DNA of 64,000 nt from an uncultured virus (IMG/VR IMGVR_UViG_3300044266_000359) (IMGVR_UViG_3300044266_000359); one strand, 5' to 3'; counted from the first letter of the stretch, positions 26,320-36,770 are shown. The notes: generated by a model from the letters alone, not told the origin. A program made the numbers and translations.

Positions 26320-26671
26320 TTGACTTTCGTTTTGATTTTTTTCTGCTGATATCCAGCAAGCTGCACACCGGACCGTGTAGTATTTCCAAATCTTTGTTTG
26401 AAAAGGTTCTCAATGTGGGTTTGAATTGATCCCACTCCCCGCGAAGAAATATGTTTATGGGAATAGAATGATTGCTTTCCCACCACCAGGTGTTGGCCAG
26501 TTCTAAAAATGCCAGTTTTTCCTGCTGTGATTGCACAGCACCAAAGTCGTAGATTGTGGTAATAGCATCATCCCTGTTTTGGATAACGCCCACGTACTCT
26601 TCGTTGGCGTAGATGCACAGCGTTATAAACGGATACTTTGCTGCTAGTTTTTGAAAGATATCATTGCCCAT
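26294..26671 (-). CDS. Hypothetical protein
   Basis: 125-aa ORF filling an otherwise empty gap. Confidence 0.7.
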   Translation of the reverse strand: MGNDIFQKLAAKYPFITLCIYANEEYVGVIQNRDDAITTIYDFGAVQSQQEKLAFLELANTWWWESNHSIPINIFLRGEWDQFKPTLRTFSNKDLEILHGPVCSLLDISRKKSKRKSITLVRRLD

Positions 26672-26692
26672 AAATAATTGTTCGAGGATCCT

Positions 26693-27766
26693 ATGTATTC
26701 AACAACCATTTACTTATACCAGCAGACAACCAAAGTTTTGTTAGTTGACACCGATGGCGGATCCTTCACTTATAGGTATGACCCCGTGTACGCAAAACCT
26801 CTTACTGTAAACAAAGGCGTTGACAACGTGCTCTTGTTTGAGTTTATCAATCAAGAAGAAAAACCTGTCAACATCACAGGCTCAACATTTGTGTTCCGCT
26901 TGTTAAACCAAACTGGTGATCAAGTGCTGATCGAAAAACCCATGACCACACTCAGCGCACCTTTGGGTCGTGTCAAAGTGGTGCTGGATACCATGGACAC
27001 AATTGATATTGTTGCTCAACCCGGTAGCTACAGTATACAACGAGCCCAGGGAGACTATGTGCAAGCTGTGTTTGTGGATGCACAAGCTGGTGCCCGAGCA
27101 GATTGTAACATTGTGGATTCAGTGCTACCGCAGTTTATTCCCAGCCGAGCATTGACCATTCCAGATATCTACGGCAAAGCTCAACAGTTGACCCCCGGAC
27201 CTACCAACTGGCCAGACTGGGCCTTGTACCCACCGCCTGTGAACACCACCCAACTCACTGAATTTTACTCAAGTGAAATTCCTACCAGTGAACAAAATCT
27301 AACCACTGTCAGTGCAGACTTTGATACATTTACTGGAACAATCAAATTCCAAGCTGCTGACACCTATCAGTCCGTTTGGTATGATGTCACAGAATGCTGG
27401 GAATTCTTTGCCGAAACCAGCACTAGATATTTCAACATTGTGGGCTTTTATCCCTTGATCCGCATGGCTATCAACAACAGTGTGGGATTTGGTGCAACTG
27501 CTACTCCTGTGGTAGAAGAGGGTGTGGTTGTGGCAATCAACGTGAACAATTCTGGACAAGGATACGTGGCCACTCCCAAAGTACAAATTCTTGGTGATGG
27601 TGCAGGAGCCACTGCTCGAGTTGTTTCTGTGGGAGAAGATGGACAAATTGGTCCAATTGAAGTGACCAATGGCGGTGCTGGATATGTTCCTTTGCAGTAC
27701 CAAGGTACACAAGCAGCCACGGTGTTGATTACCAATGGCTACATTTCAAACATCAAATATCGTTGA
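26693..27766 (+). CDS. Putative tail/baseplate structural protein
   Basis: Beta-rich; NxGxGY repeats; upstream TAAATA and GAGG. Confidence 0.55.
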   Translation: MYSTTIYLYQQTTKVLLVDTDGGSFTYRYDPVYAKPLTVNKGVDNVLLFEFINQEEKPVNITGSTFVFRLLNQTGDQVLIEKPMTTLSAPLGRVKVVLDTMDTIDIVAQPGSYSIQRAQGDYVQAVFVDAQAGARADCNIVDSVLPQFIPSRALTIPDIYGKAQQLTPGPTNWPDWALYPPPVNTTQLTEFYSSEIPTSEQNLTTVSADFDTFTGTIKFQAADTYQSVWYDVTECWEFFAETSTRYFNIVGFYPLIRMAINNSVGFGATATPVVEEGVVVAINVNNSGQGYVATPKVQILGDGAGATARVVSVGEDGQIGPIEVTNGGAGYVPLQYQGTQAATVLITNGYISNIKYR

Positions 27767-27798
27767 TCTAGTGTTACAAATCTGTTATACTGTAACAG

Positions 27799-28764
27799 AT
27801 GTTTGATATTTTCAGTTATTTGCCAGCGAAAAGAAAGCAAACGCCTTCGGGTTGGGTAAGCTTCAATGCAGTTTGTTGCAGTGACAAGCGACAACGTGCT
27901 GGACTGAAAACCACAGAACAAGGTTGGAGTTATCACTGCTTCAACTGCTCGTACACAGCCAGTTTTATTCTGGGTCGCAATCTAAGTTTCAAAGCTCGCA
28001 AATTGTTAGGGATGTTAAATGTTCCCGAAATGGAAATTGAACATTTGAATTTAGAAAGCATGCGTCACAGGTCCATGGAAGGGCTAGTAGCAGATCGTCA
28101 GCGCACACTCAATGCACTAGCAGACATTAAATTTGAAGAACGAGACTTGCCACCCTATGCAGAACTGCTGACAGAGGAAGGCAGTTATAGAGATTACGTG
28201 CGTAGCAGACGAGTGCCCGAAGACTATCCTGTGATGATTCAAACACAAAACGACGGAGTACACTGGACCAGACCACACGTGGTAATTCCGTTTACACATG
28301 ACAACACTGTGGTTGGTTGGACATGTAGATTTTTAGATACCAAAACTCCCAAGTACATTTCAGACAGCCAGCCCAACTATGTGTTTGGAACTGATTTACA
28401 AAAGGAATCTTGGACGCATGTGCTGGTCATGGAAGGCATCTTTGATGCACTCAGCATTGGCGGTGTGGCAACCATGCACAATACCATCAGTGATGGACAA
28501 GCAAGACTCATACGCAGCCTGGGCAAAGACATAACTGTAGTACCAGATCAAGACACCGCAGGCCTGGCACTGATTGACCGTGCAGTGGAATTGAACTGGG
28601 CAGTAAGCATACCCAACTGGCCATCTCACATCAAAGATGTAAACGATGCAGTAATAGAATTTGGCAAGTTGGCAACTATGCTAACTATATTCGAAGCCAG
28701 AGAAACGTCGAAGATTAAAATAGAATTAAGGAAGAAGAAACTTGCTCAAAGATTACAACGCTGA
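27799..28764 (+). CDS. DNA primase (T4 gp61-like; Zn finger + TOPRIM)
   Basis: YHCFNC, PKY, EGIFDA, PDQD, KDVND; precedes the helicase. Confidence 0.88.
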   Translation: MFDIFSYLPAKRKQTPSGWVSFNAVCCSDKRQRAGLKTTEQGWSYHCFNCSYTASFILGRNLSFKARKLLGMLNVPEMEIEHLNLESMRHRSMEGLVADRQRTLNALADIKFEERDLPPYAELLTEEGSYRDYVRSRRVPEDYPVMIQTQNDGVHWTRPHVVIPFTHDNTVVGWTCRFLDTKTPKYISDSQPNYVFGTDLQKESWTHVLVMEGIFDALSIGGVATMHNTISDGQARLIRSLGKDITVVPDQDTAGLALIDRAVELNWAVSIPNWPSHIKDVNDAVIEFGKLATMLTIFEARETSKIKIELRKKKLAQRLQR

Positions 28765-30181
28765 TATCCAAAAACTATTTTTGGAAATGATGTTAGAAGA
28801 CGCAAGCAGTTATGTGCGTATTCAAAACATCTACAACCCCCAGAACTTTGACAAGAGTCTGCGACCTGCGGCTGAGTTTATACAAGAACACAGCGACAAG
28901 TTCAAGACCATGCCCGACCGCACTCAAATTTCTGCAGCCACGGGTGTTAAGCTAGCACCAGTACCCGACTTGAACGAAGGTCACTTTGACTGGTTCATGA
29001 CAGAGTTTGAAGCATTTACTCGACGCCAAGAACTTGAACGTGCCATTCTCAAAGCCGCAGACTTGCTGGAAAAGGGCGAGTTTGAACCAGTCGAAAAGCT
29101 GATCAAAGATGCAGTACAAATCAGTCTGACCAAAGACATGGGCACAGATTATTTTGCTGATCCTGCGGCTCGTATCAACAAGTACTTCAATTCTGGCGGA
29201 CAAGTGAGCACAGGCTGGCCGCAACTGGACAAACTGTTGTATGGCGGATTCAGTCGCGGCGAATTGAACATTTTTGCAGGTGGCTCGGGATCTGGAAAAA
29301 GCTTGGTCATGATGAACATTGCACTCAACTGGTTGCAACAAGGACTCAGTGGTGTGTATATCACACTAGAACTTTCAGAAGAACTTACAAGCTTGCGTAC
29401 AGATGCCATGCTGACCAATATGTCAACCAAAGACATTCGCAAGGACATTGATACCACAGAACTCAAAGTCAAACTGGTTGCCAAAAAGTCCGGGCAATAC
29501 AGAGTCAAAGCACTGCCGGCACAAAGCAATATCAACGACATCAGAGCCTATCTCAAAGAAGTACAAATTCAAACAGGTATTCGAGTGGATTTTATGATGG
29601 TTGACTACTTGGACTTGCTGATGCCGGTCAGCGCCAAAGTCAGTCCCAACGACTTGTTTGTCAAAGACAAGTATGTTTCAGAAGAATTGCGTAACTTGGC
29701 CAAAGAGTTAGGCATCTTAATGGTAACTGCATCGCAGTTAAACCGTTCAGCAGTTGAAGAAATTGAATTTGATCACTCACATATTTCGGGTGGTATCTCA
29801 AAGATCAACACAGCAGACAACGTATTTGGTATTTTTACCAGCAGGGCCATGAAAGAGCGCGGCAAGTACCAAATTCAATGTATGAAAAGTCGTAGTTCAA
29901 CTGGCGTGGGACAAAAAATTGACTTGGAATACAACATTGAAACCATGCGTATTACAGACGAAGGCGGGGACGAAGGAACCGGCTATAACAAGCCGCAAAG
30001 CTCGCTAATGGACTCAATCAAAGCTCGTAGCCAAGTGAAATCCGCAGAAGAAACTTCAGAAGCTCCGCAGAAATGGGAACGTGCCACAGGCGTTCCAGCT
30101 TGGGAACAAGCTCCTAAAATTGAAGCAGATGTGCAAAGTACCAAGTTAAAACAGCTTTTGGGTAAAATAAAATCAAACTGA
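28742..30181 (+). CDS. Replicative DnaB-like helicase (T4 gp41-like)
   Basis: TGWPQLD, GGSGSGKS, ITLE, VDYLDL, TASQLNR; TTG start. Confidence 0.92.
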   Translation: MLKDYNADIQKLFLEMMLEDASSYVRIQNIYNPQNFDKSLRPAAEFIQEHSDKFKTMPDRTQISAATGVKLAPVPDLNEGHFDWFMTEFEAFTRRQELERAILKAADLLEKGEFEPVEKLIKDAVQISLTKDMGTDYFADPAARINKYFNSGGQVSTGWPQLDKLLYGGFSRGELNIFAGGSGSGKSLVMMNIALNWLQQGLSGVYITLELSEELTSLRTDAMLTNMSTKDIRKDIDTTELKVKLVAKKSGQYRVKALPAQSNINDIRAYLKEVQIQTGIRVDFMMVDYLDLLMPVSAKVSPNDLFVKDKYVSEELRNLAKELGILMVTASQLNRSAVEEIEFDHSHISGGISKINTADNVFGIFTSRAMKERGKYQIQCMKSRSSTGVGQKIDLEYNIETMRITDEGGDEGTGYNKPQSSLMDSIKARSQVKSAEETSEAPQKWERATGVPAWEQAPKIEADVQSTKLKQLLGKIKSN

Positions 30182-30213
30182 TTCTGAATAAATAATTCAA
30201 AGGTCCTTGGACG

Positions 30214-30462
30214 ATGCAAAAAAAGACTCGAAGTATTTTAGAAGAATTGGACTCCATGTATGTGGAGCGAGATCGCCGTCTAATAATTGAAAACAGAGCT
30301 GCCAGTGTTATTGCCAGTGCTGTGAGATTATTGGAGCAGATTGATGCTGAGTTCCCACCAGACCAGGCAGAGAATCTCACACGCAAATTGCTCAATGCCA
30401 TTCGCACTAGAGATTCAGGAAAATTCGCCAGATCTGTAAGGAGAACAAATGCAGATCTATGA
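30214..30462 (+). CDS. Hypothetical protein
   Basis: ORF after TAAATA. Confidence 0.7.
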   Translation: MQKKTRSILEELDSMYVERDRRLIIENRAASVIASAVRLLEQIDAEFPPDQAENLTRKLLNAIRTRDSGKFARSVRRTNADL

Positions 30463-31480
30463 AATCTTCCAAGCTAATGAAAACGTACTCAAAGGCGTTG
30501 CTAACAGTGTAAAAAGCGCAGTAAGTCGCACACCTGCTATTGCTGGCGCTGTGAACAGCGTAAAAAGTGTAGCAAGCCGTGCCCCTGCCATTGCTGGTGC
30601 AGTTGCTAGCGATATTGGCAGCAGAATACTAAGCCGCGCAGGCTTGCCCGGAGACGTTGGACTAGGTTCAAAAAATGCATTTGGTGACAAAGAAGCCCAA
30701 GCTGCTCGCACCGCTGAACCCATAATCAAAGCACAAGCAGACAACTTATTCAAACAGTGGGCTGCAAACAAAGATCGATCCAATCCTGCTGCTCTACAAC
30801 AATCACTGATCAGTGTGGTGCAAAATACACTGTTGCAAAGAAAACTAGGCCGTGATTATACCAACTTAGATAACTGGGTTGCACAAGACCCCCAAACCCA
30901 ACAACGTGCTGCCGGACTGGTTAAAAATATCACCTCAGGTATTGATACTATTTTGAAATCCGACCCGCAAGATACTGCCCAAGCTTGGGAAAATCTTGTG
31001 CGAGCAACTTCCCAGGCCATGTCACTAATGACATTCCATCCTAAGAATTACAACTATTCAGGTCAGGCCGCTGCACAAATGCCAGTGGTTACTACCACAG
31101 CACAAGGATACAAGATTGGCAACACTGCATTGAACTCAGCCAATCCTGCTCAGCAAACAATGATACAGTTAATCAAGAGTCAAGTTGCCCCAAATGGTGC
31201 ATTACCTAGAATCACAGTGACCCCACAAGGTTATATGTTAGGCTCGTTACCTTTGACACCTACCGATGCTACACACAAAAAATTAATTGACATTATCACC
31301 GGTGGCAAACCCAAAACAACAAAAGCCAAAACAAAAAAAGCTAAACCACAGCCTACAGCAAAACCAATTGCAGGTACAGAGATCAAAGGAGCCAAAGCTG
31401 GTGCACCGACTTCGGCAGAAGTTGCCAATCTTGAAAAACGTATACAACAGGCTCAGGCTGCCCAAGGACAAACAGCATGA
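30449..31480 (+). CDS. Putative virion protein with 17-aa tandem repeat
   Basis: MQIYE leader; NSVKSxxSRxPAIAGAV twice. Confidence 0.65.
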   Translation: MQIYEIFQANENVLKGVANSVKSAVSRTPAIAGAVNSVKSVASRAPAIAGAVASDIGSRILSRAGLPGDVGLGSKNAFGDKEAQAARTAEPIIKAQADNLFKQWAANKDRSNPAALQQSLISVVQNTLLQRKLGRDYTNLDNWVAQDPQTQQRAAGLVKNITSGIDTILKSDPQDTAQAWENLVRATSQAMSLMTFHPKNYNYSGQAAAQMPVVTTTAQGYKIGNTALNSANPAQQTMIQLIKSQVAPNGALPRITVTPQGYMLGSLPLTPTDATHKKLIDIITGGKPKTTKAKTKKAKPQPTAKPIAGTEIKGAKAGAPTSAEVANLEKRIQQAQAAQGQTA

Positions 31481-33372
31481 AATTACTAGAAGGTGGAAAC
31501 GTATTCAAAGACGCTGACGGACAGCCGTTGACCGGCCGTGTGAATCAAAGTGACATCCCTGCCACTGTGCAATGGATTGAGCAATTGACTGGCATTGAAT
31601 TTCCACGTGATCGTTGGCTAGGCAGCACAGGCAAGAACCCTACTTCGGGAGACCTAGATCTTGCTGTGGATGCCAACGAAGTCAACAAAGACCAACTGTT
31701 TGCCAAGCTGAGTGCATGGGCAGCAAGTCACAAACTCAACCCCAAGGAATGGATCAAAAAGGGCGGCGAAGTGCATTTGCGTACACCTATTGCCGGCCGT
31801 CCAGAATTGGGTTATGTGCAAACTGATTTTATGTTTTTTCCTAACTTAGATTGGGGACAGTTTTATTACAGCCAAGGCCCGGACTCTGCTTACAAAGGTA
31901 TGAACCGCGCTGTGCTCATGAGCAGCATAGCCAAACAACAGGGACTCAAAGTTGGCAGCAACGGTGTGTTCAGCAGAGCTACTAACGAACTGGTAAGTCA
32001 AGATCCCGATCAACTGGCTGACTGGATACTGGGCAAAGGTCGCACTCGCAAAGATCTTGCCACTGTGGAAAGCATTTATGCTGCACTAGCTCGTGATCCT
32101 GATCGCGATGTCAAGCTGGCAGATTTTCGTGAGTATTTGGCTCGCGAAGGCCTGCAAGAACCTACTGCTGTGAACGAAAACACTGAAGTAAACTTCTTGG
32201 CCAAACTGCGTGACCGCATTGTCAATCAAGGCATGCAACCCTTGATCGAAACTGAAACTGCCAACCCTTATAGCATATACGAAGCAGAAGAAACCAACGT
32301 TGGTGGCCGAGCCAAGGGCATTGAGCACTTGGAAGACCTGGTGTTCCGCAAAGGCCGACGTGGTGCCCAAGAAGCCTTGGCCATTGTGCAAGCTGCCAGC
32401 GAACAACCGGCCAGCACCACTGTAAAGTGGGACGGCAAGCCTGCTGTGGTATTTGGACGCAAGCCTGCCACAGGCGAGTTTGTGCTCACAGACGGTTCAG
32501 GATTTGAAGCTCGGGGCTATGATGGACTTGCTACCAGCCCCAAAATGATGGCACAAATTCAAAACACACGCTCCGGAGAACGGTCGGGCATTATCAAGCT
32601 GTATGCTGACTTGTGGCCTATACTGGAAGCTGCCACACCCACAAACTTCCGTGGTTATGTCAAGGGTGATTTGTTGTACATGGAAACACCTCCACTGGAA
32701 GCCGGCAACTATGTGTTCAAACCCAACACAGTGGAATATCGTATTCCAGCCAAATCAAGCCTGGGACAGCGTATTGGTAATTCTACCATTGGTATTGCCA
32801 TGCATTCCATGTATGCTGACCAAGGCGAAGCTAGACAGCCGCTCAGCAGAGTAAAATTCAACGAAGTACCTGGTCTGTTGTTGATCGAGCCCATTGCTGG
32901 CAAAGAAATGATGCCAGAGTCTAACTTGGTCAAACAAGTCAAAGCATTGATTCGCAGCAAAGGCGCTGCAATTGACACACTGTTTAATCCTGCAGAATTA
33001 CGAGCACAGCAAATCACAGACTTGGCCAAGCTGTGTGTGGATTACATCAACTATAGAATCCGCACAGGTAATTTTGATAACTTGTTGGCAGGGTTTGGAG
33101 ATTGGTTAAAAACCAAAGTCACTCCTAAAAAGTTTGGTAACATCATTGAGTACTTGCAAAGTCCACGTAGCAACACTGAAGCATTGGCTGCTGCATTTAC
33201 TATTTTTATACTGTTGCACGACTTAAAGCTAGACATACTGCGACAGCTGGATCTACGCGATCCTGGGCATGAAGGTTGGGTTATGGCCACACCCGCAGGC
33301 TATGCTAAGGCGGTCAATCGCTTTGATTTCACTGCCAGAAACCGCGCCCAAAATAACCCTCAACAGGCGTAA
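31477..33372 (+). CDS. Two-domain protein: Pol-beta/PolX-like nucleotidyltransferase + ATP-dependent ligase-like domain
   Basis: LGSTG...GDLDL, VQTDF; then KWDG, VKGDLL, HEGWV, KAVNR. Confidence 0.65.
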   Translation: MKLLEGGNVFKDADGQPLTGRVNQSDIPATVQWIEQLTGIEFPRDRWLGSTGKNPTSGDLDLAVDANEVNKDQLFAKLSAWAASHKLNPKEWIKKGGEVHLRTPIAGRPELGYVQTDFMFFPNLDWGQFYYSQGPDSAYKGMNRAVLMSSIAKQQGLKVGSNGVFSRATNELVSQDPDQLADWILGKGRTRKDLATVESIYAALARDPDRDVKLADFREYLAREGLQEPTAVNENTEVNFLAKLRDRIVNQGMQPLIETETANPYSIYEAEETNVGGRAKGIEHLEDLVFRKGRRGAQEALAIVQAASEQPASTTVKWDGKPAVVFGRKPATGEFVLTDGSGFEARGYDGLATSPKMMAQIQNTRSGERSGIIKLYADLWPILEAATPTNFRGYVKGDLLYMETPPLEAGNYVFKPNTVEYRIPAKSSLGQRIGNSTIGIAMHSMYADQGEARQPLSRVKFNEVPGLLLIEPIAGKEMMPESNLVKQVKALIRSKGAAIDTLFNPAELRAQQITDLAKLCVDYINYRIRTGNFDNLLAGFGDWLKTKVTPKKFGNIIEYLQSPRSNTEALAAAFTIFILLHDLKLDILRQLDLRDPGHEGWVMATPAGYAKAVNRFDFTARNRAQNNPQQA

Positions 33373-33435
33373 TTTTTGCCAGTTTCATAAATAAGTGTAG
33401 GGTCAAAGACCCAATTAACTTAAAAGGAAATTATC

Positions 33436-33840
33436 ATGGCTTATTATACCCCAGTAAATGGTGATGCACAACCAGTATTTGCAATCGACGTTCAAAACGG
33501 TCCTGTTGCTGCTTCTGCTTCTACCGCTGCTACACCAGTTAACCTAGCTGGTCCTAAGTTGGACTTCTTCCGCGTTGTTGCTAACACCACAGTGGTTAGC
33601 CAGCAAGGCGTGCAAGAATACGTTGCTAACGTTATTCAAGCTATCCAACAAACCGCTACAGTCGCTATGTACCAAGTTGACGGCACAGTGTTGAGCTTCG
33701 GTGTTTACCCAACCGGCGCTTTTGCTAACGCTTCAACCAACACATCAGCTGCCAGCTTCTTGGCTGCCGCCAACATTACCTACACAGGTTATCAGTTGGA
33801 TAGCGCCACAAGCATTGGTTTCAAACTAGCTGCTTCCTAA
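33436..33840 (+). CDS. Probable abundant virion protein
   Basis: TAAATA promoter, 5' hairpin, AAGGA RBS, own terminator, strong GCT/GTT codon bias. Confidence 0.65.
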   Translation: MAYYTPVNGDAQPVFAIDVQNGPVAASASTAATPVNLAGPKLDFFRVVANTTVVSQQGVQEYVANVIQAIQQTATVAMYQVDGTVLSFGVYPTGAFANASTNTSAASFLAAANITYTGYQLDSATSIGFKLAAS

Positions 33841-33861
33841 TTCAAACCTAGGTCAAGCATC

Positions 33862-33891
33862 AACCCCGGACATAAAAACTCCGGGGTTTTT
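33862..33891 (+). terminator. Intrinsic terminator
   Basis: AACCCCGGA...TCCGGGGTT followed by a T-run. Confidence 0.85.
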
Positions 33892-33914
33892 CTTTGGCCT
33901 TAAATACCCGCACG

Positions 33915-34331
33915 ATGAAAATACTATGCAAAACCCTGTTTGATTGCACACGCACTGGTGTAACCGGGCATTTTCGCCCAGCACAGGTGCCTTTTGTTGA
34001 CCAAGCGGAACAAACAATCAACAACCAGGAAGATTGGAATCGTGCAAGAAATCAACAGCGCAATTGGGAAACAATCATGCAAATTGCCAGTCTCCGAGCA
34101 CAGATTATGTCTACTAGCAAAACACGCAAGGTTGATGACACCTGGGAATTTTCATTCGAAGTAGAAACAGTGGGTGTTTACAGCAGCAACGGGGACCCAG
34201 AAGACCTTGACGGGCTGCTGGCCGAATGCGAGGGCATACCCATGGTCGTTGGACTAAATGAAACTGTGAGTGAATCCACGCTGATCCCCGGAAAGAACAT
34301 TTGGTTCGATGCCATAAATATTGAACCATGA
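33915..34331 (+). CDS. Hypothetical protein
   Basis: ATG 8 nt after TAAATA. Confidence 0.65.
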   Translation: MKILCKTLFDCTRTGVTGHFRPAQVPFVDQAEQTINNQEDWNRARNQQRNWETIMQIASLRAQIMSTSKTRKVDDTWEFSFEVETVGVYSSNGDPEDLDGLLAECEGIPMVVGLNETVSESTLIPGKNIWFDAINIEP

Positions 34332-34591
34332 GCGACACCACAGAAATCGAAAAAAAGAGTCTAGAAGCACACGTTGAACTGTGTGCCGAAAGATACAAAC
34401 TTCTTGAAACCAAACTAGGAACAGTTGAGCAAGGAGTTAGGCACGCTAATTCGTTAATTGAAGATTTAGCAGAAACTGTGAGCAAATCCAGTGAAAAAAG
34501 CAATGATAGATTGATCGCCTGGGGCGTGGGAATCATTGTCACATTGTCTGGCGCTTGCGGTTGGTTATTGACCAATTATCTCAATAAATGA
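34328..34591 (+). CDS. Coiled-coil protein with C-terminal transmembrane helix
   Basis: HVELCAERY, coiled coil, hydrophobic C-terminus. Confidence 0.65.
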   Translation: MSDTTEIEKKSLEAHVELCAERYKLLETKLGTVEQGVRHANSLIEDLAETVSKSSEKSNDRLIAWGVGIIVTLSGACGWLLTNYLNK

Positions 34592-35064
34592 TCAAAGAAC
34601 AAAAACTAGAACAGTGGGCCGAGCGCGAACTCATTCGTCATATTCACACTATGATTATTGACGACAACGACGGTGGTTATGTAGTTTTTGGAAAATACCA
34701 TCTCACACCCGAAACCCATGGATTTGCTGTAAAAACTTGGGATCGACACATACACTGTTTTGGCAGCAAACGATCTGCAATCAGTTGGTGTGTGGCCGAC
34801 AGATCCAACAACATCAATCTAGCCAATCAAATTTTAGTACTAGACCGCAAACAACAAATGCTGTCTGCAGACATACACTGTCGTCGAGGCCAGGCCAATC
34901 GCGGACGTACAGAAGATTTTTACGAAATAGTAAATACCAAAGTGCAGCCCAAAATTGAGCAGCATCTTTCGGTGACTGCTGAATTAGAGAAATGTATAAA
35001 TTCGGCTAAATATATTCAAATTAGAGGATTCAATAATGAAATTGCAAGAACTAGCGGCCAATAA
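34588..35064 (+). CDS. Hypothetical protein
   Basis: Coupled ORF. Confidence 0.65.
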   Translation: MIKEQKLEQWAERELIRHIHTMIIDDNDGGYVVFGKYHLTPETHGFAVKTWDRHIHCFGSKRSAISWCVADRSNNINLANQILVLDRKQQMLSADIHCRRGQANRGRTEDFYEIVNTKVQPKIEQHLSVTAELEKCINSAKYIQIRGFNNEIARTSGQ

Positions 35065-36007
35065 GCCAAGCAAGCAAATAGCCCAAGTATTCGAAAGTTA
35101 CTTTGGGTCAAACCTGCACTTTGACCAGTTAAACGCTGGACAAACAAAAACACTGTTGGGTCGCGTACAAAAAATTCTAGGTGAAACCAGACGCACACCT
35201 GGCTTTTATCAAAGTCAAAACAATCCCACATATCTCAAGCTAGTTATGTTGGAACAGGCACTGACCAGCCGCCTGCGCGAAGCTGGAGTTCCTCCTATCC
35301 CTGGTACCACTCCTGCTGCCGCACCTGGCACCACTGGCACAACCACAGCTACACAGACTCCACAGGATGCTGCCAAGCAAGCTGCCGCCACAGTGGCTGC
35401 TACCAAGGATCCTGCACTACGTGCTGCATTACAGAAAGCTGCCAAAGGCCAAAGCTTGAATCCTCAAGAACAAAAAATGGTAGCTGGCGCTGCACTAATG
35501 AAACAAGAAAGCCGTTTGCGTAATGCTTATCGCATGCTCAAAGAATCTGAAGTGCAACAAGCCCAAGTGGTGTTGGCCGCTCAAGACATGGTAGACAAAA
35601 TGCAAGGCATGTTGGAAGACGTAAGCGAATTGCAATTCAAAGAATTGCCAGCTCTAGTTGACTCAATCAAGAACCAAGTGGGTATTGATCAAGCTCAACA
35701 GTTCAATACTGATGTGTCGGCTGCACTAACTGGCTTGATGCAGAATCTACAAGCTACCAAGCAACAGCTTGACTCTGCACTGGGTGTGGTAACTGGTCAA
35801 GCTCCTGCTGTTCCTGGCGTACCCGGTGCAGGCGACCTTGGCGCCGAACTAGGTGCTGACTTGGGTGCTGCTGCAGGCGGCGCTCCTGGCGCCGAAGCAG
35901 GTGCCGAACTAGGTGCTGACTTAGACAATGACCTGGCTGCTGCCGCTGCTGCCGGCAACGAAGCTGAACCAGCACCTGCTGCTAGCTTAGGCCGCGCACG
36001 TAGATAA
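35036..36007 (+). CDS. Putative head/core protein
   Basis: MKLQE leader, LRE/LKE sites, Ala/Gly tail with 20-bp direct repeat (35843, 35903). Confidence 0.6.
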   Translation: MKLQELAANKPSKQIAQVFESYFGSNLHFDQLNAGQTKTLLGRVQKILGETRRTPGFYQSQNNPTYLKLVMLEQALTSRLREAGVPPIPGTTPAAAPGTTGTTTATQTPQDAAKQAAATVAATKDPALRAALQKAAKGQSLNPQEQKMVAGAALMKQESRLRNAYRMLKESEVQQAQVVLAAQDMVDKMQGMLEDVSELQFKELPALVDSIKNQVGIDQAQQFNTDVSAALTGLMQNLQATKQQLDSALGVVTGQAPAVPGVPGAGDLGAELGADLGAAAGGAPGAEAGAELGADLDNDLAAAAAAGNEAEPAPAASLGRARR

Positions 36008-36357
36008 TGAGAATCAACGAAGTTGCTGCTGACCAACCTGGAGCAGACCCAAATCAATTAGTGGGTCTGGTCCAATTTCTCAGTGGCCGCGCAACAGACA
36101 CTGATGCTCAAAAACAAATTAGCCAAGATGCATTTATTAAATTGGCACAAAGCTTGGGTGTCAATATCACACATCAAAACCTCGGCGACATAATTAGCCA
36201 ACCTCCATTAAATGGCGTGCTAGAACCCTTGGATCCAAATTCCAATATGATCTCATTCAAAGGCGCCGACATAGGCCCTGCCAAAATGAGTGTGCCACAA
36301 GCTCAACAAGTTGTCAACAAAATGGCCAAAAGCGCAATGAAACGCGGTTTGAAGTAA
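36007..36357 (+). CDS. Putative head-associated protein
   Basis: MRINE leader; TAATG coupling. Confidence 0.6.
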   Translation: MRINEVAADQPGADPNQLVGLVQFLSGRATDTDAQKQISQDAFIKLAQSLGVNITHQNLGDIISQPPLNGVLEPLDPNSNMISFKGADIGPAKMSVPQAQQVVNKMAKSAMKRGLK

Positions 36358-36412
36358 ACGTTTTGTTGACAACAGGCGTTGTATTAGTATACAATGCTAC
36401 AAGGAGATTCCA

Positions 36413-36712
36413 ATGAAAAAAGCTCTTGCAATTTTAATGCTGATTGCCGGCACGTCGGCTTTGGCACACGGTCCGGTTTATCGTCCACATCCTCATTACA
36501 GCCATGGCTATGGCTGGGTAGTTCCGACAATCATTGGCGGCGTGGTGGGTTATGAAATTGCTCGACAGCAACAACCTGTGGTGGTACAACAGCAACCAGT
36601 GATTGTTCAGAATCCCCCGATAGTGTATCAGCCACAGTCAAATTGTGGACCTTGGATTGAAACACTAAACTCAGACGGAACTATCACTCGCTCACGAACT
36701 TGTATGCAATGA
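36413..36712 (+). CDS. Exported/membrane small protein
   Basis: Signal peptide, IIGGVVG segment, Q/P-rich; AAGGAG RBS. Confidence 0.7.
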   Translation: MKKALAILMLIAGTSALAHGPVYRPHPHYSHGYGWVVPTIIGGVVGYEIARQQQPVVVQQQPVIVQNPPIVYQPQSNCGPWIETLNSDGTITRSRTCMQ

Positions 36713-36770
36713 AATACTGGAAAATACAGCTACACTATCATCCTGGGCTAGACATCGATTATAATATAGC

